Shown piece after piece: positions 63,109 to 64,000 of a DNA stretch of 64,000 bases (positions are counted from its first letter, which is position 1; every line of letters begins with the position of its first letter). The notes under the pieces are model-generated. The model did not search any database. It saw only the letters and a program-made list of their open reading frames with translations, and was not told the DNA's origin. The stretch is taken from the NCBI GenBank assembly GCA_948442615.1, contig CAOJSG010000004.1, positions 7,865 through 71,864 of the forward strand. The letters are read 5' to 3'. Made by a program: the position numbers and the translations under genes. This stretch comes from an uncultured Alistipes sp. Lineage in GTDB: Bacteria; Bacteroidota; Bacteroidia; Bacteroidales; Rikenellaceae.

Positions 63109-64000
63109 TTAAGCAGATATGAAATAATGCGGATAGCATCTGCGGAGACAACCGTTTGTTTTACAAGTAGGAGTCGCAAAGGCCGAATTCGCTGAGTATT
63201 GACAACTCTGTCGAGGATATGTGTTGCATGATGACCTAAGTTGTTGGCTGGGCCATTTTTGTTGAAAGGAGATTGTCAGCCCAATCGGGCCAGTTACCTC
63301 CGCCTCTTCCAACGGAAGTTTTTTTCTATTCTGACAGCGCCTAGAGCCGTAGCTCTTTTTCGGCTGTCATCGGACTCTTTTTTCCAGGTACCGTTTGACA
63401 TAGAATTGTACATCTCCGGTCATGATCTCTTATTATGGGCTGCCCGGCCGTACTGAGTTGGTCTATGAAGGAAAATATGGCTGCTTGGTTCTCCAAGCAA
63501 CCATTCGCGTTTTACCTGGAGCGATGTGGCTGGGCGGATGCGAATGAATTGCCGTAACATCCAACTATTATTGAGAGCGTTTTGAGAATATATAATTGGA
63601 CGATCCGCTCGGCGATATGCTTTGTCGTGGTGGAGATCCGTATGGAATTTTCGATGAGCGATTGCTCCAATTCAGCTAACGTCAAACTCTAGATACGATA
63701 CTTTCTTTCCATGAAAGATTGCAGATGCTCTATACATCTGATATATCGCGCCATGTTTTGTGGACTCGATCTCCGCCTATTCGTTTTTGGCAGTTCTCGG
63801 TAAATTTCCGAGGATTCTTGATGAGCGATACTTCCGTTGCCGAAATGGTCCCATGGCGGGGGATGATTTATTGGTCTTTGTTTTTGTCTCTTTTCAGGTG
63901 AAAAAGCACCCTGAACGTACTGCGCATAAACACTCTGCTTTTGTTGTGAAACAAATTTGATATCAGCAGAGTAGCTTGTTAAGATGACAACGACGGATTG
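63109..64000 (-). pseudogene. Frameshifted Bacteroidales-type tyrosine recombinase/integrase remnant
   Basis: Colinear integrase-like fragments in different minus frames: QKRIGGDRVHKTW, RYIRCIEHLQSFMERKY*SLTLAELEQSLIE, ALNNSWML, VKREWL, SCNTY and SAFATPTCKTNG. Confidence 0.72.

Larger units (their letters stand above)
57200..64000. mobile_element. AT-rich genomic island / decayed integrative element; left edge approximate, right edge outside the window
   Basis: Abrupt visible drop in GC and change in codon usage; contains an integrase relic and one large accessory gene. Confidence 0.75.

Noticed and set aside
63241-63960. Plus-strand small ORFs at the right end
   Set aside because: Better explained as antisense to the integrase remnant

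Overview
High-GC Bacteroidota chromosome segment, most likely Alistipes/Rikenellaceae. This assignment is inferred from gene order, TAnnTTTG promoter boxes and an IleRS2-type ileS. Positions 1-57000 are mostly housekeeping: rsmE, two tandem M3 peptidases, GH97, tRNA-Gln, nucleoside permease, lptD/amidase/mlaD/mutS2, murF-alr, grpE-dnaJ, mutL, ugd, fprA, an msbA-like exporter, ileS-dksA, an Omp85-like protein, a two-component system, surE, rplS, nifJ, M23/recX/prmC/aroC and a cation:H+ antiporter. From about 57200 to the window end the DNA turns abruptly AT-rich. This island holds one intact 1728-aa gene encoding a P-loop NTPase with about six transmembrane helices inserted between Walker A and Walker B, STAND-like motifs and a long TPR-like C-terminus. 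Beside it lies a heavily frameshifted tyrosine-integrase relic that the ORF track does not show. The large gene is the best candidate for an undescribed single-gene, membrane-anchored defence or sensor system. A second signal is a dispersed ~75-bp structured repeat that ends in a promoter -7 box and sits upstream of four unrelated genes. All calls come from motif recognition by eye; no searches were run.
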